In this document: one piece after another, positions 38,109 to 48,443 of the stretch
How positions within the stretch are numbered: position 1 is the stretch's first letter
Layout of the letters: each line of letters opens with the position of its first letter
Source of the DNA: Candidatus Moraniibacteriota bacterium
GTDB lineage: Bacteria; Patescibacteriota; Minisyncoccia; Moranbacterales; UBA2206
Length of the DNA: 64,000 nt
NCBI GenBank assembly: GCA_030645735.1
Contig: JAUSNP010000004.1
Coordinates: 10,739 to 74,738 of the forward strand
Reading direction: 5' to 3'
Position numbers and translations under genes: made by a program
Notes under the pieces: model-generated
Databases searched by the model: none
What the model was told of the DNA's origin: nothing
Seen by the model: the letters and a program-made list of their open reading frames with translations, nothing else

Positions 38109-40784
38109 TTATTTTTTAAATGCACCTACTAACTGCATAAAGCTTGTCGGCTTATATTTATCCCATTCCTCCTGCTTAACATAAAGCATTTTATATTCAA
38201 TTTTCTTTTGTCTTTCACTGGCATCCTCGCACCATTGTGCCAATCTTTTTATTTTTTCAATATCATCCAAATCTTCCCGTCCTTTTGTTTCGATAATATA
38301 GATTGTTTTGTTATCTGTCTTCACAAAAAAGTCTGGGTAATAACTGGAAATTGCACCGCTCGCATTTTTGTAATCAATCTTGAAATGAATTTCAAAGTAA
38401 TTTTTTGCGAAAGAAAGCACATCTTCAGCACCTTCCAAGAAGTCCGCAAATTCAAGCTCGAAATCACTGTCGCCGACAATTTTATTAAATACGCTCTTTT
38501 TGGGCAATAAATATTTTTTATCAGTTACCACAAATGGTCGCGCGCTACTAATTTTGAGATAATTTTTTATTTCCGTATCACCAACATCCTGCACAGTCAA
38601 ATTGTTTATCTCTTTTTTAAAGGTTTCGACAATAGTTTTTACCGCCTCTAATTCGGATAAGTTTCGCAAAATATTTGCGTCATTAAGATTCACTTCTTCA
38701 TTAAATAGATGCGCGTTGATAAATTCTTTCACTTTGCCAAAAAGAATGTCATAGCAACCAAAGAGACGGAGTTCTTTCATTATTCTTTGCACAAAAAATC
38801 CAATCACACTTTGGTAATTTGGCTCAATGGAGCTATTCAAAATTGTTGTGTGATGTTCTTTGTCATCAATAACTTCCTTAAAAACAATCTCTTTCTTTTC
38901 TTCCTCGGAAAACTGCTTAACTGAAATTTTTTCATGTTTGAAAGTAGCAATATTCAATAGATTGAGATTTTTGTATTCCCTCTGGATTCTCGGTGTCAGA
39001 ACCGGCAGTTCAATGTCCAAATTTTCAATATCTTTTTTTACATTTTCATGATCGACTTCAATGACTGTGGGAGTGATTGGAGAACCGCTTCGATCCATTC
39101 TTCTTTTTTCCAATTCAACACCTTCTGCCTTGATTGATTCAACAAACTCCATAAAAGCAGGTGTTCCAATGATACTCACATACTCTTCCACATCTTGTCC
39201 AAAAAACATTCGGCGAAGACCACGACCGAGTGTCTGCTCTGGCAAAATTTTTGAATCAGAACCATAAGGACGGAGTCCAACGATTGTTGTCACATTTTTT
39301 ACATCCCAACCCTCTTTGAGCATCAAGACAGAAACAATGACTTTATATGGGCTTTCCATGCTATCAATATCATTGGCCTTTTTCCTGAGTTCTTGCAATT
39401 CTTTTTCTTTTTTGCCAGTTGTCGTTTCAGATATCTCACCACTTCTATTTGTGTGAATTGTCAGAACCGCACCTTTCAATTGTGGATAGCTATTTTCCAA
39501 AAATTCCGCCACATCATCACAATTCGTTGTATCATCAGTCATTATAAAAAGAATCGATTTTTTTCCTGTTGGCAATAATTCTGTATATATCTTTTCCCAT
39601 TCTTCCACGCCCAGTCGAATAAAGTCTTCGTATTTTTCAGAAAATATTGAACTTTGTTTTTCTTGCAGTTTTGCCCGACTGGCAGAATCCGGCAAGACCG
39701 GATTTTTCACTACGCCTTGATGGATAGCTTCAACCAGCGGATAGTCAGAAACAGTCTGCACAAAAATCTCGCCACGATTATTTTTTGGTGTCGCAGTCAC
39801 ATCGATTTGCAAAGCTAGTTTTTTACCCTTTTGTAATAATCGATTATGAATATCTTCGATTGATTTAAACCATGCCATTTTTGGATCATGAATGTGATGA
39901 GCTTCGTCATTAATAACCATCAACTCATCAACGTCGCGCACGATTTCTCCTAAATCAATTTTTGAATCATTAGTCTTTCCAGTAACCTTACTGCCCATAA
40001 AATAATCTGACGTGTCCTCATCTTCAAAACTAGCTTCAGATATATCGCCTTCATAAACTCTATGTATATTAGTCAGAAAAATATTTCCCGATTTTGAAAT
40101 TGTGCCAACCTCATCTTGCAAATGCAGTTTTATTTGAAAATCATCTTGCCAATTTTGTCCGGCAAATCCATTATCAGGCAAAATCGGATCATCATGAAAT
40201 ATTTTCAATCCTTCAAAATCAGCCTTGATTCGATCCAAAACGATGATATTTGGCGTGATGAGTAAGAAATTTTTAGATAGTTCAGAATCTTCTTCATAAA
40301 GCTTGTGAAAATATGACCAAGCTAATAGCAAACTCATAACTTTTGTTTTTCCACTTCCAGTCGCCATCTTTATCACAAAACGAAGCCAATCCTCATTGAA
40401 CATATTCGGACTAACACGACCCAATTTATCAAACTTTATCAAATCATATTTGTTGGAAACTTTTTCAACATCATAGAGCCAGATAATTGTTTCCACTGCC
40501 TCTCTTTGAGCATAATAATATTGAAAGGAAACGCTTGTTCCGTCTTTGGCAAAAATGGTGTGTGGCTCAAGAAACCACCAATTCAAAAGAGCCTTGGAAG
40601 TTTCGCTTGCTCCGTCATAATTATTCTTTCGCCACTCCGCAACTTGCTCACGCAATTCTGGAACAAAAGGAGGCAAAAGCTTTTCAAAACCCTCTCTTCG
40701 CAAATCTTCTTCGGCCGGAAACCACCTGATTGCCGGATCAAGGATTTGAAATTTATCTTTTGGAAAATCTTTGTGTAATGCCAT
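38109..40784 (-). CDS. res: Type III restriction endonuclease Res subunit
   Basis: MATGSGKT, NDEAHH, LKEGWDV, EQTLGRGLR helicase motifs; C-terminal YYPDF...IETKG nuclease. Confidence 0.92.
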   Translation of the reverse strand: MALHKDFPKDKFQILDPAIRWFPAEEDLRREGFEKLLPPFVPELREQVAEWRKNNYDGASETSKALLNWWFLEPHTIFAKDGTSVSFQYYYAQREAVETIIWLYDVEKVSNKYDLIKFDKLGRVSPNMFNEDWLRFVIKMATGSGKTKVMSLLLAWSYFHKLYEEDSELSKNFLLITPNIIVLDRIKADFEGLKIFHDDPILPDNGFAGQNWQDDFQIKLHLQDEVGTISKSGNIFLTNIHRVYEGDISEASFEDEDTSDYFMGSKVTGKTNDSKIDLGEIVRDVDELMVINDEAHHIHDPKMAWFKSIEDIHNRLLQKGKKLALQIDVTATPKNNRGEIFVQTVSDYPLVEAIHQGVVKNPVLPDSASRAKLQEKQSSIFSEKYEDFIRLGVEEWEKIYTELLPTGKKSILFIMTDDTTNCDDVAEFLENSYPQLKGAVLTIHTNRSGEISETTTGKKEKELQELRKKANDIDSMESPYKVIVSVLMLKEGWDVKNVTTIVGLRPYGSDSKILPEQTLGRGLRRMFFGQDVEEYVSIIGTPAFMEFVESIKAEGVELEKRRMDRSGSPITPTVIEVDHENVKKDIENLDIELPVLTPRIQREYKNLNLLNIATFKHEKISVKQFSEEEKKEIVFKEVIDDKEHHTTILNSSIEPNYQSVIGFFVQRIMKELRLFGCYDILFGKVKEFINAHLFNEEVNLNDANILRNLSELEAVKTIVETFKKEINNLTVQDVGDTEIKNYLKISSARPFVVTDKKYLLPKKSVFNKIVGDSDFELEFADFLEGAEDVLSFAKNYFEIHFKIDYKNASGAISSYYPDFFVKTDNKTIYIIETKGREDLDDIEKIKRLAQWCEDASERQKKIEYKMLYVKQEEWDKYKPTSFMQLVGAFKK

Positions 40785-40788
40785 ATAA

Positions 40789-41145
40789 CTATTTCTTTTT
40801 TATTAGCTCCTGAATTTGTTTTTGCTGTTCCAATATTAACTGTTGATTTTTTTGATTTTGATCAAGAAGTTCCTGGTTAATCTTCTGTGATTGTTCAACA
40901 GATCCGGTTTTTTCTGAATATTCCTTATAGATGGCTGAATTTATATGAAAAGAATCAATAATCAATGTTGACACCATCACTAATAAAATTATAACAACAC
41001 TAAGTAAGATATAGTTTATATCTTTAAATTTAGAATCGGCTTCTTTTTTAACATCTTCCACCGTAACAGAGCCACCAGTTTCTGGTATTTTAATTTGGAT
41101 TTCACCAAGTTCAGATTTTTCAAATTGCACTTGTTCCTTTTCCAT
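40789..41145 (-). CDS. Single-TM protein with C-terminal coiled coil
   Basis: 118 aa, between mod and res. Confidence 0.7.
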   Translation of the reverse strand: MEKEQVQFEKSELGEIQIKIPETGGSVTVEDVKKEADSKFKDINYILLSVVIILLVMVSTLIIDSFHINSAIYKEYSEKTGSVEQSQKINQELLDQNQKNQQLILEQQKQIQELIKKK

Positions 41146-41148
41146 AAA

Positions 41149-41367
41149 TTAAAAAATACCCTTAATTACAAGAACGCCAGACTCCTCCTCAACAGCAAAA
41201 TCTCTTCCAACAAATTGAGCAAGATCTATCCCACTAAAAGACACTCCTCTACCAAATCTAACACCTGGGCCCATTTGCACGCCACCAATTCTAACCAAGC
41301 GAAGAGGCTCAATGCTTCCATCTGTATCTACTTTAAATATTTGATAAAAATTAATTCTTTGAATCAT
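41149..41367 (-). CDS. Small beta-rich hypothetical protein
   Basis: 72 aa, tightly packed between mod and the 118-aa gene. Confidence 0.65.
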   Translation of the reverse strand: MIQRINFYQIFKVDTDGSIEPLRLVRIGGVQMGPGVRFGRGVSFSGIDLAQFVGRDFAVEEESGVLVIKGIF

Positions 41368-41371
41368 TAAT

Positions 41372-43534
41372 TTATATATTTATCTCAATTACTTTGGTCG
41401 TATCGTTTCCAAAAATATCAATCACCTTGATTGCGATTTTCATTTTGCCTTTGGACACTTCCTTGAAAACTGAAATCAATTCAAGAGATCTGTCTTTTTT
41501 GGTTCTGAATGATTGCCACTCATTTTCAAAAATATAATTTCCAGTCCATTTTTCTTCAAAGTCGCCTATCTCCATTTGTACAGCATCAGACGATCCATCA
41601 AGTTTTTGCTGAACAGTTTTTTCTTTCGGCACTCTGATAATTTCTTTTTTGCTTTCAAAATCAAAATCCACCGACCAATAATCAATCCAGTCAGTCCATT
41701 TTTTTGTCAAAGTTTCACGCTCAATAATATCCGTATTTTTATCCTTGGAAATCTTTATGACTTGACCGTTTTCAATGACAATCTTGTTTCCACCGGATTT
41801 CAATTTTTCCTCCACTTCTCCAGTATTGTCTTGATTATAGAAAACGGAGAAATCAGTTATCTCAATAGCAACTTCTTTGGCGTTGCCTCGTCCGCGGATA
41901 ATTGGTTTAACTTCAATATAGGCAATGTCATAAAATTTCACCTGTCCTTTTTCAACCGCTTTTTTATCAAACACTTCACGCGGAATAACCTTAAATTGCA
42001 CATCAATACCCAGTTTTTTTGCTTGCTCAAAGTCCAGTCCCATTTCATAGTCAAATCCCAAAACATCAGCTTTAGTTATTTTATTCTCCCGACATTCAGT
42101 GATTATTTTTTCCAGAAAATCATTTGTAATTGGCGTATCAATTGATCCGACTGCAATCAGCCTATCTCTTTTCTTACCGACAAATGAATTGAATGAATCA
42201 ATTGGCTCAGCCTTGTAGGCAGAAAGAATGAGTTTGATAAATTCTTTTTCTTTATTCACCCTTTGAATTCTTTTTTCTTCGTCACGCAAATTTTCATTCA
42301 CAGTCAAAAACTTCTCTCTTTCATATTTTCCAATATTTAAAATTTCAAATGCTCGAAAATTTTTACCAACTTTCTTCAATTCTCTTTGCACCCCAATCAT
42401 TCTCTTGCGAGTGGTATGGACAGAAAAACGACCTAAATCAGAACCAATCCATTTTCGATTTAGCTTTTCTGCAACCGCCAAAGTTGTGCCTGAGCCACAG
42501 AAAAAATCAGCAACAAGATCACCTTCATTGGAAGAGGCGCTTATTATTCTTCTGAGCAGTGACTCTGGTTTCTGGGTTGGATAAGCAATGTGTTCAGGAA
42601 GTGCATTAAAAACCTGTCCGATATTATTTTCTTTTCTATCTAGCCAAGTCCAAACATCATCCGCTTTTCTCCCTTCATCTGCATAATATCTTGTAGCATT
42701 ATTATTTCCAGACATTCTATACTTTCTACCATCCTCATCAACAAGAGGATAAATACTTTCATTCTTTACAAGCAAACGCACTTGATTAAATTTTACTGAT
42801 TTTTTATTTTTAGCAAAAGAAATTATATAATCATGCTTTTTAGCAAAGCCTTTTATTGGCGCTGTACCAGCCTGATAATGCCAAATTATTTGATTCAAAA
42901 AATTTTCCTTTCCAAAAATTTCATCTAGAATTAAGCGCATATAACTATTCAATCTCCAATCACAATGCACATAAACACTACCATCATCCGCCAAAAGACC
43001 GTGCATCAACTTTAGCCTTTCATAAATCATCGCTATAAAACTATCGGCGCCTTTGCCCCAGGTGTCGCGGTAGGCAATTTCTTCAATCACCGACGGTTTT
43101 TTGGTGAAAGTATCTTCGCCAATTTCAATATTCATCGAAAAATCCGCGCCCACATCAAATGGAGGATCGATATAAATCAATTTCAATCCACCCTCAGCTT
43201 CAATTTGTTTTCGAAGTGGTCCATTCTTGAGCGATGACAAAATCAATTTATTGTCACCCCAAATTAGCTTGTTTGACCAGCCTTTCATTTGCCGGCCAGA
43301 AGTGTCAAAAAGAGAAGTTTGCGCGGTTATTTTTTCCTCACTCCGTGGTTCATCAATATGCTCAATCGTCTGAAATGGCAAAACTATATTTTCCGTTTCA
43401 TCAGTTTTTCCATTCCATAAAAGCTCAACCTCCCGATCGGTGTCAAAAAGCAAAAAGCGGTATTTCTCCGGCAATGACTTGCCAGATTCCAAATACTTTA
43501 TTACATCTCGTTTTTCATTCTCAGTTAGCTTCAT
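41372..43534 (-). CDS. mod: Type III RM DNA methyltransferase Mod subunit
   Basis: IYIDPPF, YPTQKPE.LL.RII, DFFCGSGTT motifs. Confidence 0.92.
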   Translation of the reverse strand: MKLTENEKRDVIKYLESGKSLPEKYRFLLFDTDREVELLWNGKTDETENIVLPFQTIEHIDEPRSEEKITAQTSLFDTSGRQMKGWSNKLIWGDNKLILSSLKNGPLRKQIEAEGGLKLIYIDPPFDVGADFSMNIEIGEDTFTKKPSVIEEIAYRDTWGKGADSFIAMIYERLKLMHGLLADDGSVYVHCDWRLNSYMRLILDEIFGKENFLNQIIWHYQAGTAPIKGFAKKHDYIISFAKNKKSVKFNQVRLLVKNESIYPLVDEDGRKYRMSGNNNATRYYADEGRKADDVWTWLDRKENNIGQVFNALPEHIAYPTQKPESLLRRIISASSNEGDLVADFFCGSGTTLAVAEKLNRKWIGSDLGRFSVHTTRKRMIGVQRELKKVGKNFRAFEILNIGKYEREKFLTVNENLRDEEKRIQRVNKEKEFIKLILSAYKAEPIDSFNSFVGKKRDRLIAVGSIDTPITNDFLEKIITECRENKITKADVLGFDYEMGLDFEQAKKLGIDVQFKVIPREVFDKKAVEKGQVKFYDIAYIEVKPIIRGRGNAKEVAIEITDFSVFYNQDNTGEVEEKLKSGGNKIVIENGQVIKISKDKNTDIIERETLTKKWTDWIDYWSVDFDFESKKEIIRVPKEKTVQQKLDGSSDAVQMEIGDFEEKWTGNYIFENEWQSFRTKKDRSLELISVFKEVSKGKMKIAIKVIDIFGNDTTKVIEINI

Positions 43535-43571
43535 ATCTTATTGAAACACAAAGGGTTTTTTAGCTATTCTT

Positions 43572-44561
43572 ATGGTATCATTAAGTAAGGGTTTATTCAA
43601 GACAGATGAAATGAGCAGGATTTCAAATACAAATAGCACAGGAGGATTGGAAATAGATCGCCTAATGGGCGACGATTTTCTTTTTCTCCTCCTTATTCTG
43701 ATTGACTACCCAGAAAAAAATCCCGGCATCCTTGATCCAGCTCCGTTTGGAAAATTTAGATTCAAAAATTTGCAGTGGAAGTATTGTATTGAATTTATAC
43801 TGTTTCTCAAAAATTGTGCTGGCATAAAAGTCACACGAACAAACCAAGACCTTCCCGAAGTTGAAGTTTTTGAGGAATCGATTGAAATTATTCAAAATGG
43901 CATAAATAATTATTTGGAAAAATTCATCTCTGGCGAACTTATCCCCATTGATAAAAATTATTTAAATTTTGAAAAACAGAAAAAATATTTTCTAGAGAAA
44001 ATAAAAACTAAGCTTGAAAATGAAACATCTAAAACGCTTTTTCTTTCTGACAATGAAATTGAAAATGAATATGATTTTTTTGAAAGCATGTTGGCTTTGG
44101 AAAGGCAAAAATATTTAAAAATAAAAAGTGTCACCAATTCCCAAAAGCCAGAAAGCTCTGATTTTTATAAAATAGTTTTTACAATACGATCAAAATTTCA
44201 CAAAAAAGTTAGCGTGCAAAACAAAAAAGTTAGAAGGCTTTCCGTTAAATGCTTTTCAAAAGGAAACTTGGGCTATTTTCGCGTGAAAAAAGAATCCAAA
44301 GAAAAAATCATCGGAAAGGCTAATTCCAGGCCGTTTTTATTATTACAATTTTTAGTCAATCAAGGCATTGGCGAAATAGTATCGTTCCAAAAAGCTTTCA
44401 AGGCCATCAAAGACGGCAAACATTATAAAACAACCTCCCACCTTGTGGATGAAGAATTGGCCGCTCTTATAAATGCTAGGAAAGTTCTGCAGAAAGAGAG
44501 AAAAATACACCCCTTCAAACTAATTATCGGCAAAAAAGACCGCACAATCCGAATGCAATAA
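43572..44561 (+). CDS. Hypothetical basic protein, possible C-terminal winged-helix regulator
   Basis: 329-aa ORF divergent from mod; function inferred only weakly. Confidence 0.6.
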   Translation: MVSLSKGLFKTDEMSRISNTNSTGGLEIDRLMGDDFLFLLLILIDYPEKNPGILDPAPFGKFRFKNLQWKYCIEFILFLKNCAGIKVTRTNQDLPEVEVFEESIEIIQNGINNYLEKFISGELIPIDKNYLNFEKQKKYFLEKIKTKLENETSKTLFLSDNEIENEYDFFESMLALERQKYLKIKSVTNSQKPESSDFYKIVFTIRSKFHKKVSVQNKKVRRLSVKCFSKGNLGYFRVKKESKEKIIGKANSRPFLLLQFLVNQGIGEIVSFQKAFKAIKDGKHYKTTSHLVDEELAALINARKVLQKERKIHPFKLIIGKKDRTIRMQ

Positions 44562-44701
44562 ATTAAAATCATTTTATTGATTTTGGAAAAAACAGAGAAT
44601 TCACTCTGTTTTTTCGTTTGAATAAACGAAAAAGTTCAACAGCCAATTCTCTCGTGGCTTGTTTTCTTGACGGCGTGGGGAGCGTTTTATGTAATGCAGT
44701 C

Positions 44702-44896
44702 ATGCAAGAACAATTTTCACCACACCTCATAGAAAAATGCCAAAAGCTCGTTTTCAAGCGAGCTGGGGTTCACATCACCGAAGATCAAGCAGGGAGGTGC
44801 TTGGAAAAATTGGCGCGTTTGGCTAAACTGGCTTTCGAGACTCTTGTGGAAAATAAACATAATGCAAAACCCGATGGAAAGAATAATCACAATTGA
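44702..44896 (+). CDS. Small helical protein, paralog 3
   Basis: FSPHLIEKCQKLVFKRAGVHITEDQA..LEKLARL. Confidence 0.65.
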   Translation: MQEQFSPHLIEKCQKLVFKRAGVHITEDQAGRCLEKLARLAKLAFETLVENKHNAKPDGKNNHN

Positions 44897-45173
44897 TAAA
44901 AATGCCCGCTTAAAAATCATTTGCGGAAGCATAATGTTGCAATATAGGAAAAAATCCAAAACAAAGCAAATAGCGTGGCACACAGACGGCCATTTCTCAG
45001 ATTATGCATCAATGGCAGAACATTACATTTCCAACGCGCCATACCGCGCTATTGAAGGCACAGCGTCAATAGAAAAGCTGATTGAAGTCGTCCAGCAGTC
45101 GAGCGACCAAATCAGCCGAGTTTTGAAAAATAATCAATTAAATGGAAAATCACATGGAAAATCAAACCGATGA
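44844..45173 (+). CDS. Hypothetical protein
   Basis: ~100-aa ORF in an overlapping small-gene run. Confidence 0.55.
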   Translation: MWKINIMQNPMERIITIDKNARLKIICGSIMLQYRKKSKTKQIAWHTDGHFSDYASMAEHYISNAPYRAIEGTASIEKLIEVVQQSSDQISRVLKNNQLNGKSHGKSNR

Positions 45174-45375
45174 GACTACGAATGAAGAATTCAATCAAAT
45201 ACCAGCTGGTGAGAAACTCTGCCCGCTCATGAATGGATTCTACAAGGGCATTCCTTGCACTTCAGATTGTGCCCTGTATCGTGAGGGTAAGAATGAAAAT
45301 GCATGTGCTTTGCATGAACTGAGATCGATCAGTTGGTTCATGAAGCAGAGCCAGGACAAAAAGCCCATTGATTAA
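45142..45375 (+). CDS. Small Cys-rich protein
   Basis: CPLM...C...CALY...CA pattern. Confidence 0.6.
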   Translation: MENHMENQTDETTNEEFNQIPAGEKLCPLMNGFYKGIPCTSDCALYREGKNENACALHELRSISWFMKQSQDKKPID

Positions 45376-45387
45376 ATCAATGGGCTT
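45361..45387. terminator. Hairpin/terminator
   Basis: aagcccattgat-taa-atcaatgggctt. Confidence 0.6.
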
Positions 45388-45416
45388 AAAAAAATAATTA
45401 TTAACTACACAATCAA

Positions 45417-45662
45417 ATGGCTATGGTCAAGATTGAGGGCTTCCTCAAAAAGCTGGAAAAATTGCCGTTGAGCGAGCTATGCCCGCTCATCGACAATGTG
45501 AAGTGGAACTGCGGAAAATTAGACAAAGGCAATGAGCCATGCTGTCATAATACCTATAAATATATGAACTGTCCGCATTTCAAAAAATGGTTCTATTGGA
45601 ATGTGACCCGGATGGTTGCCAAAGAAATCGCCAAACTGGAAATTAGTCAAAAGAAAAAGTAA
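45417..45662 (+). CDS. Small Cys-rich protein
   Basis: CPLI...C...CC...CPHF pattern. Confidence 0.55.
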   Translation: MAMVKIEGFLKKLEKLPLSELCPLIDNVKWNCGKLDKGNEPCCHNTYKYMNCPHFKKWFYWNVTRMVAKEIAKLEISQKKK

Positions 45663-46856
45663 CCAAAAAGAAATGTAAATAATACTTACTTACTAAAGGT
45701 ACAGTAACTAGTAAGTAAGTATGGTTTTAAAAACTTTTTCTTTGAGAAATCTCTCTAACTGAAAAACTGAAACGACCTAAAAATCCCTCTGTCGCGCGAA
45801 AAATGCTACGCTATGCACATTTAAAAGGCTCGGATAAGCCAAAGTTATGGGAATTAAAAATGACGGTGATCCGCCGCGCGCTGGCAACGAACCACTGACT
45901 TGAAAAAATGCACAAATCTTGGCAGAGGCGCAGCGGAAAGGGCGCCAGAGGACAAAAAAATTGGAGCAATCTTTGAGAAGACGCATTTTTGCCGGAACAA
46001 TGACGGCCATCCGGAATTGGACGGAAAAATGCAAGCGACGAGAAGTTGAAACGATTTTGTTTGGCCTCGGGTTCGCACTCCCCTCGCCTTGGGGCGAGGG
46101 GTTGGGGGTGTGGGGAAATCCAAAGTGCGGAAAAGGATTGATGTCCTACAACGGGCATTCTTGCGACACCCCTTTTTTCTCAAAAATCGGGGAAAGCTTG
46201 GACACGATTTTTGCAAGAAAAAAGAGCGTGTTCGCAAAATGCCTCGTTGTGGGAGGGTGAGAAAAAGACAGTCCTTTAGTTTTCAAAGTGAAGTTTTTTT
46301 CGAATCCCCTTGCGTCAATCCTTTTCCTTCCTTGCGGGGAAAGAGATTGAGAAGACCGCCAAGGTTTTCTCACTACTAAAGCAGTTTGACCGCAACCTTT
46401 ATAAATTGTGCAGGATGAAACAGTGGCATTGGAAAAGTCTGATTAGATATTTGGCAGTCTGGAATTTTCGCCGCGAAAAGTTCCAGTCTGCCAAATTCCT
46501 TGAATGAAAACATTTTCCAAGGACACTGTTTCTTTCTGCTTTCCTTTTTGATTGGTTGCGGGAAAACTACCCTTATTTTAGGGGGTTATCCATAGAATAA
46601 AAATATGTTATTATACATATGGACACAAATTAATATTCATCAGAACACAATCGGTGCGATTTTTTTTCGTATCGAGAAAAGGGCGACTTTCGCTTCAAGT
46701 TCTGATGAAGAATTTGTGTCCAGCGAGGTCGTCCTTTTGTTTGGGCGAAAAACAAAAAAATTATGGACACAAACTTATTACTCAGCGATTCACCGGCAGA
46801 CTTGCCAACCATATTGATGTTTTTTGGAACATTTATTTTTATAATTTTTATGGAAT

Positions 46857-48443
46857 ATGGAAACGATAAAAACAAAAACAAATAAACCAAAATTTGTCAT
46901 CTATGCCCGTAAGTCATCAGAAGACAATAGCAAACAAGTGCATTCGATTGATGCGCAGATTTTTGTCATGAAAGACATTGCCAAACATGAAGGCATTCAG
47001 ATTGTGGAAATCTTTCAAGAATCAAAATCCGCCAAAGAACCTGGGCGGCCGGTTTTCAACAAGATGATCGAGCAATTCAAGAAAAACAAATATGATGGCA
47101 TTCTCTGCTGGAAAATTGACCGCTTGGCGAGAAATCCGGTGGACGCCGGAATTGTGCAATGGCTTTTGCAGAAAAATTCCATCCAGCAGATTATCACCAG
47201 CGACCGAAAATATAATCCGGAAGATAATGTCATTATTGCCAGCGTAGAATTCGGAATGTCGAATCAGTATATTTTGGATTTGTCTAAAAATGTGAAACGC
47301 GGTTTGGCGGAGAAAGTTCGGCGCGGAGAATATCCCGGGCCGGTGCCACTCGGATATTTGCGAGATTTCAAAACTAAAAAGATTATCCTAGATCCTGACA
47401 AAGCGCACTATATCAAACGAGCCTACCAACTTTATTCAACTGGCCTTTATTCTATCGACCAGCTCACGGAAAAACTGAACAATGAAGGCTTGCGCTCTTT
47501 GCACAGCCAAAGAGTCCAGCCATCAATTATTGGGCGCATGCTGAATAATCCAATTTATTATGGCTGGTTTGAATGGAAGGGCCAACTTTGCCCGGGCAAG
47601 CACGCGCCAATCATCTCCAAGGACATTTTTGACAAGGTGGACGAGATAATGTTTCCGCAGAGGGTTATGAAACGGAAAGATAAGCGAAAGTTCACTTTTC
47701 GCGGCCTTTTGCGTTGCGGTGAGTGTGGGTTGAAGATAACCGCGGAGGTGCGGAAAGGCCACACCTATTATCGTTGCACGAAATCCAGAGGCACCAACAA
47801 ATGCTCCCAAAGATATGTGCGTGAAGAGGCTCTGGACGAAGAAATCAACCGCAAGCTATCTGAGCTCAACTTTGATCCGGAAGTGACTGAGCTGGCCATT
47901 TTGGCGCTCAAAGACCAAAACAGAAACCAACTGCAACAGCAAATTGAAATCCAAAGAAAGAACGAGGAACTGCTCCGCAAGAACCGAGAATCGCAAGACA
48001 TCCTCGTCAATCGCTTTTTGGACAATCTCGTGCCAGAGGATATTTATAATCGCCGGCTGACAGGCTTGCGCAACGATGAAGCACGGTTGGATGAAATAAT
48101 CCAAAACACCAAAGACAACACACGCAACGCTTTTGATAAGATTGAAACGATTGTGCGCTTTTCCCAATTAGCCAATGAAATATTTACAAATGGAACTCCG
48201 GTAGCGAAGAAAGAAGTGGCTGGCATAATATCTTCGGACATCACTTTGAAAGATAGAAAAATCCTTGATTTTAGCCTTGATGTTGAATTTCAATGGATGA
48301 TAGATGATATGAATGACTCGTTTGCCCTAAACCACAAAATTGCAATCTTGGAACCAGTCACTTTAGCTTTAGAAAAAGCAAAAGCAGGCATTGAGTTGCC
48401 TGCTAAAAGCGTTGTGCGGGGCTGGCCGGACTCGAACCGGTGA
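46857..48443 (+). CDS. Large serine recombinase (resolvase + recombinase + zinc ribbon + coiled coil)
   Basis: YARKSS catalytic Ser, DRLARN, PLGY, LRCGECG...YYRC; 3' end reads through antisense tRNA-Asp (RGWPDSNR*). Confidence 0.93.
   Translation: METIKTKTNKPKFVIYARKSSEDNSKQVHSIDAQIFVMKDIAKHEGIQIVEIFQESKSAKEPGRPVFNKMIEQFKKNKYDGILCWKIDRLARNPVDAGIVQWLLQKNSIQQIITSDRKYNPEDNVIIASVEFGMSNQYILDLSKNVKRGLAEKVRRGEYPGPVPLGYLRDFKTKKIILDPDKAHYIKRAYQLYSTGLYSIDQLTEKLNNEGLRSLHSQRVQPSIIGRMLNNPIYYGWFEWKGQLCPGKHAPIISKDIFDKVDEIMFPQRVMKRKDKRKFTFRGLLRCGECGLKITAEVRKGHTYYRCTKSRGTNKCSQRYVREEALDEEINRKLSELNFDPEVTELAILALKDQNRNQLQQQIEIQRKNEELLRKNRESQDILVNRFLDNLVPEDIYNRRLTGLRNDEARLDEIIQNTKDNTRNAFDKIETIVRFSQLANEIFTNGTPVAKKEVAGIISSDITLKDRKILDFSLDVEFQWMIDDMNDSFALNHKIAILEPVTLALEKAKAGIELPAKSVVRGWPDSNR
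48383..48404 (-). terminator. Element-supplied replacement terminator for tRNA-Asp
   Basis: agcaggca-ttgagt-tgcctgct hairpin followed by a U-rich run on minus, ~12 nt past the tRNA end, inside the recombinase CDS. Confidence 0.6.

Larger units (their letters stand above)
35780..48420. mobile_element. Serine-recombinase integrative element at the tRNA-Asp 3' end (~12.6 kb)
   Basis: Recombinase overlaps the tRNA; 6-bp TGCGGG at both ends (35780-85, 48415-20); cargo of RM and small ORFs breaks the strand co-orientation. Confidence 0.75.

Noticed and set aside
45777..46890. Short overlapping ORFs on both strands
   Set aside because: Mutually overlapping, atypical composition, no recognisable motifs.
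35780..48420. Complete prophage or ICE
   Set aside because: No capsid, terminase, relaxase or T4SS genes recognised; only an integrative island is supportable.
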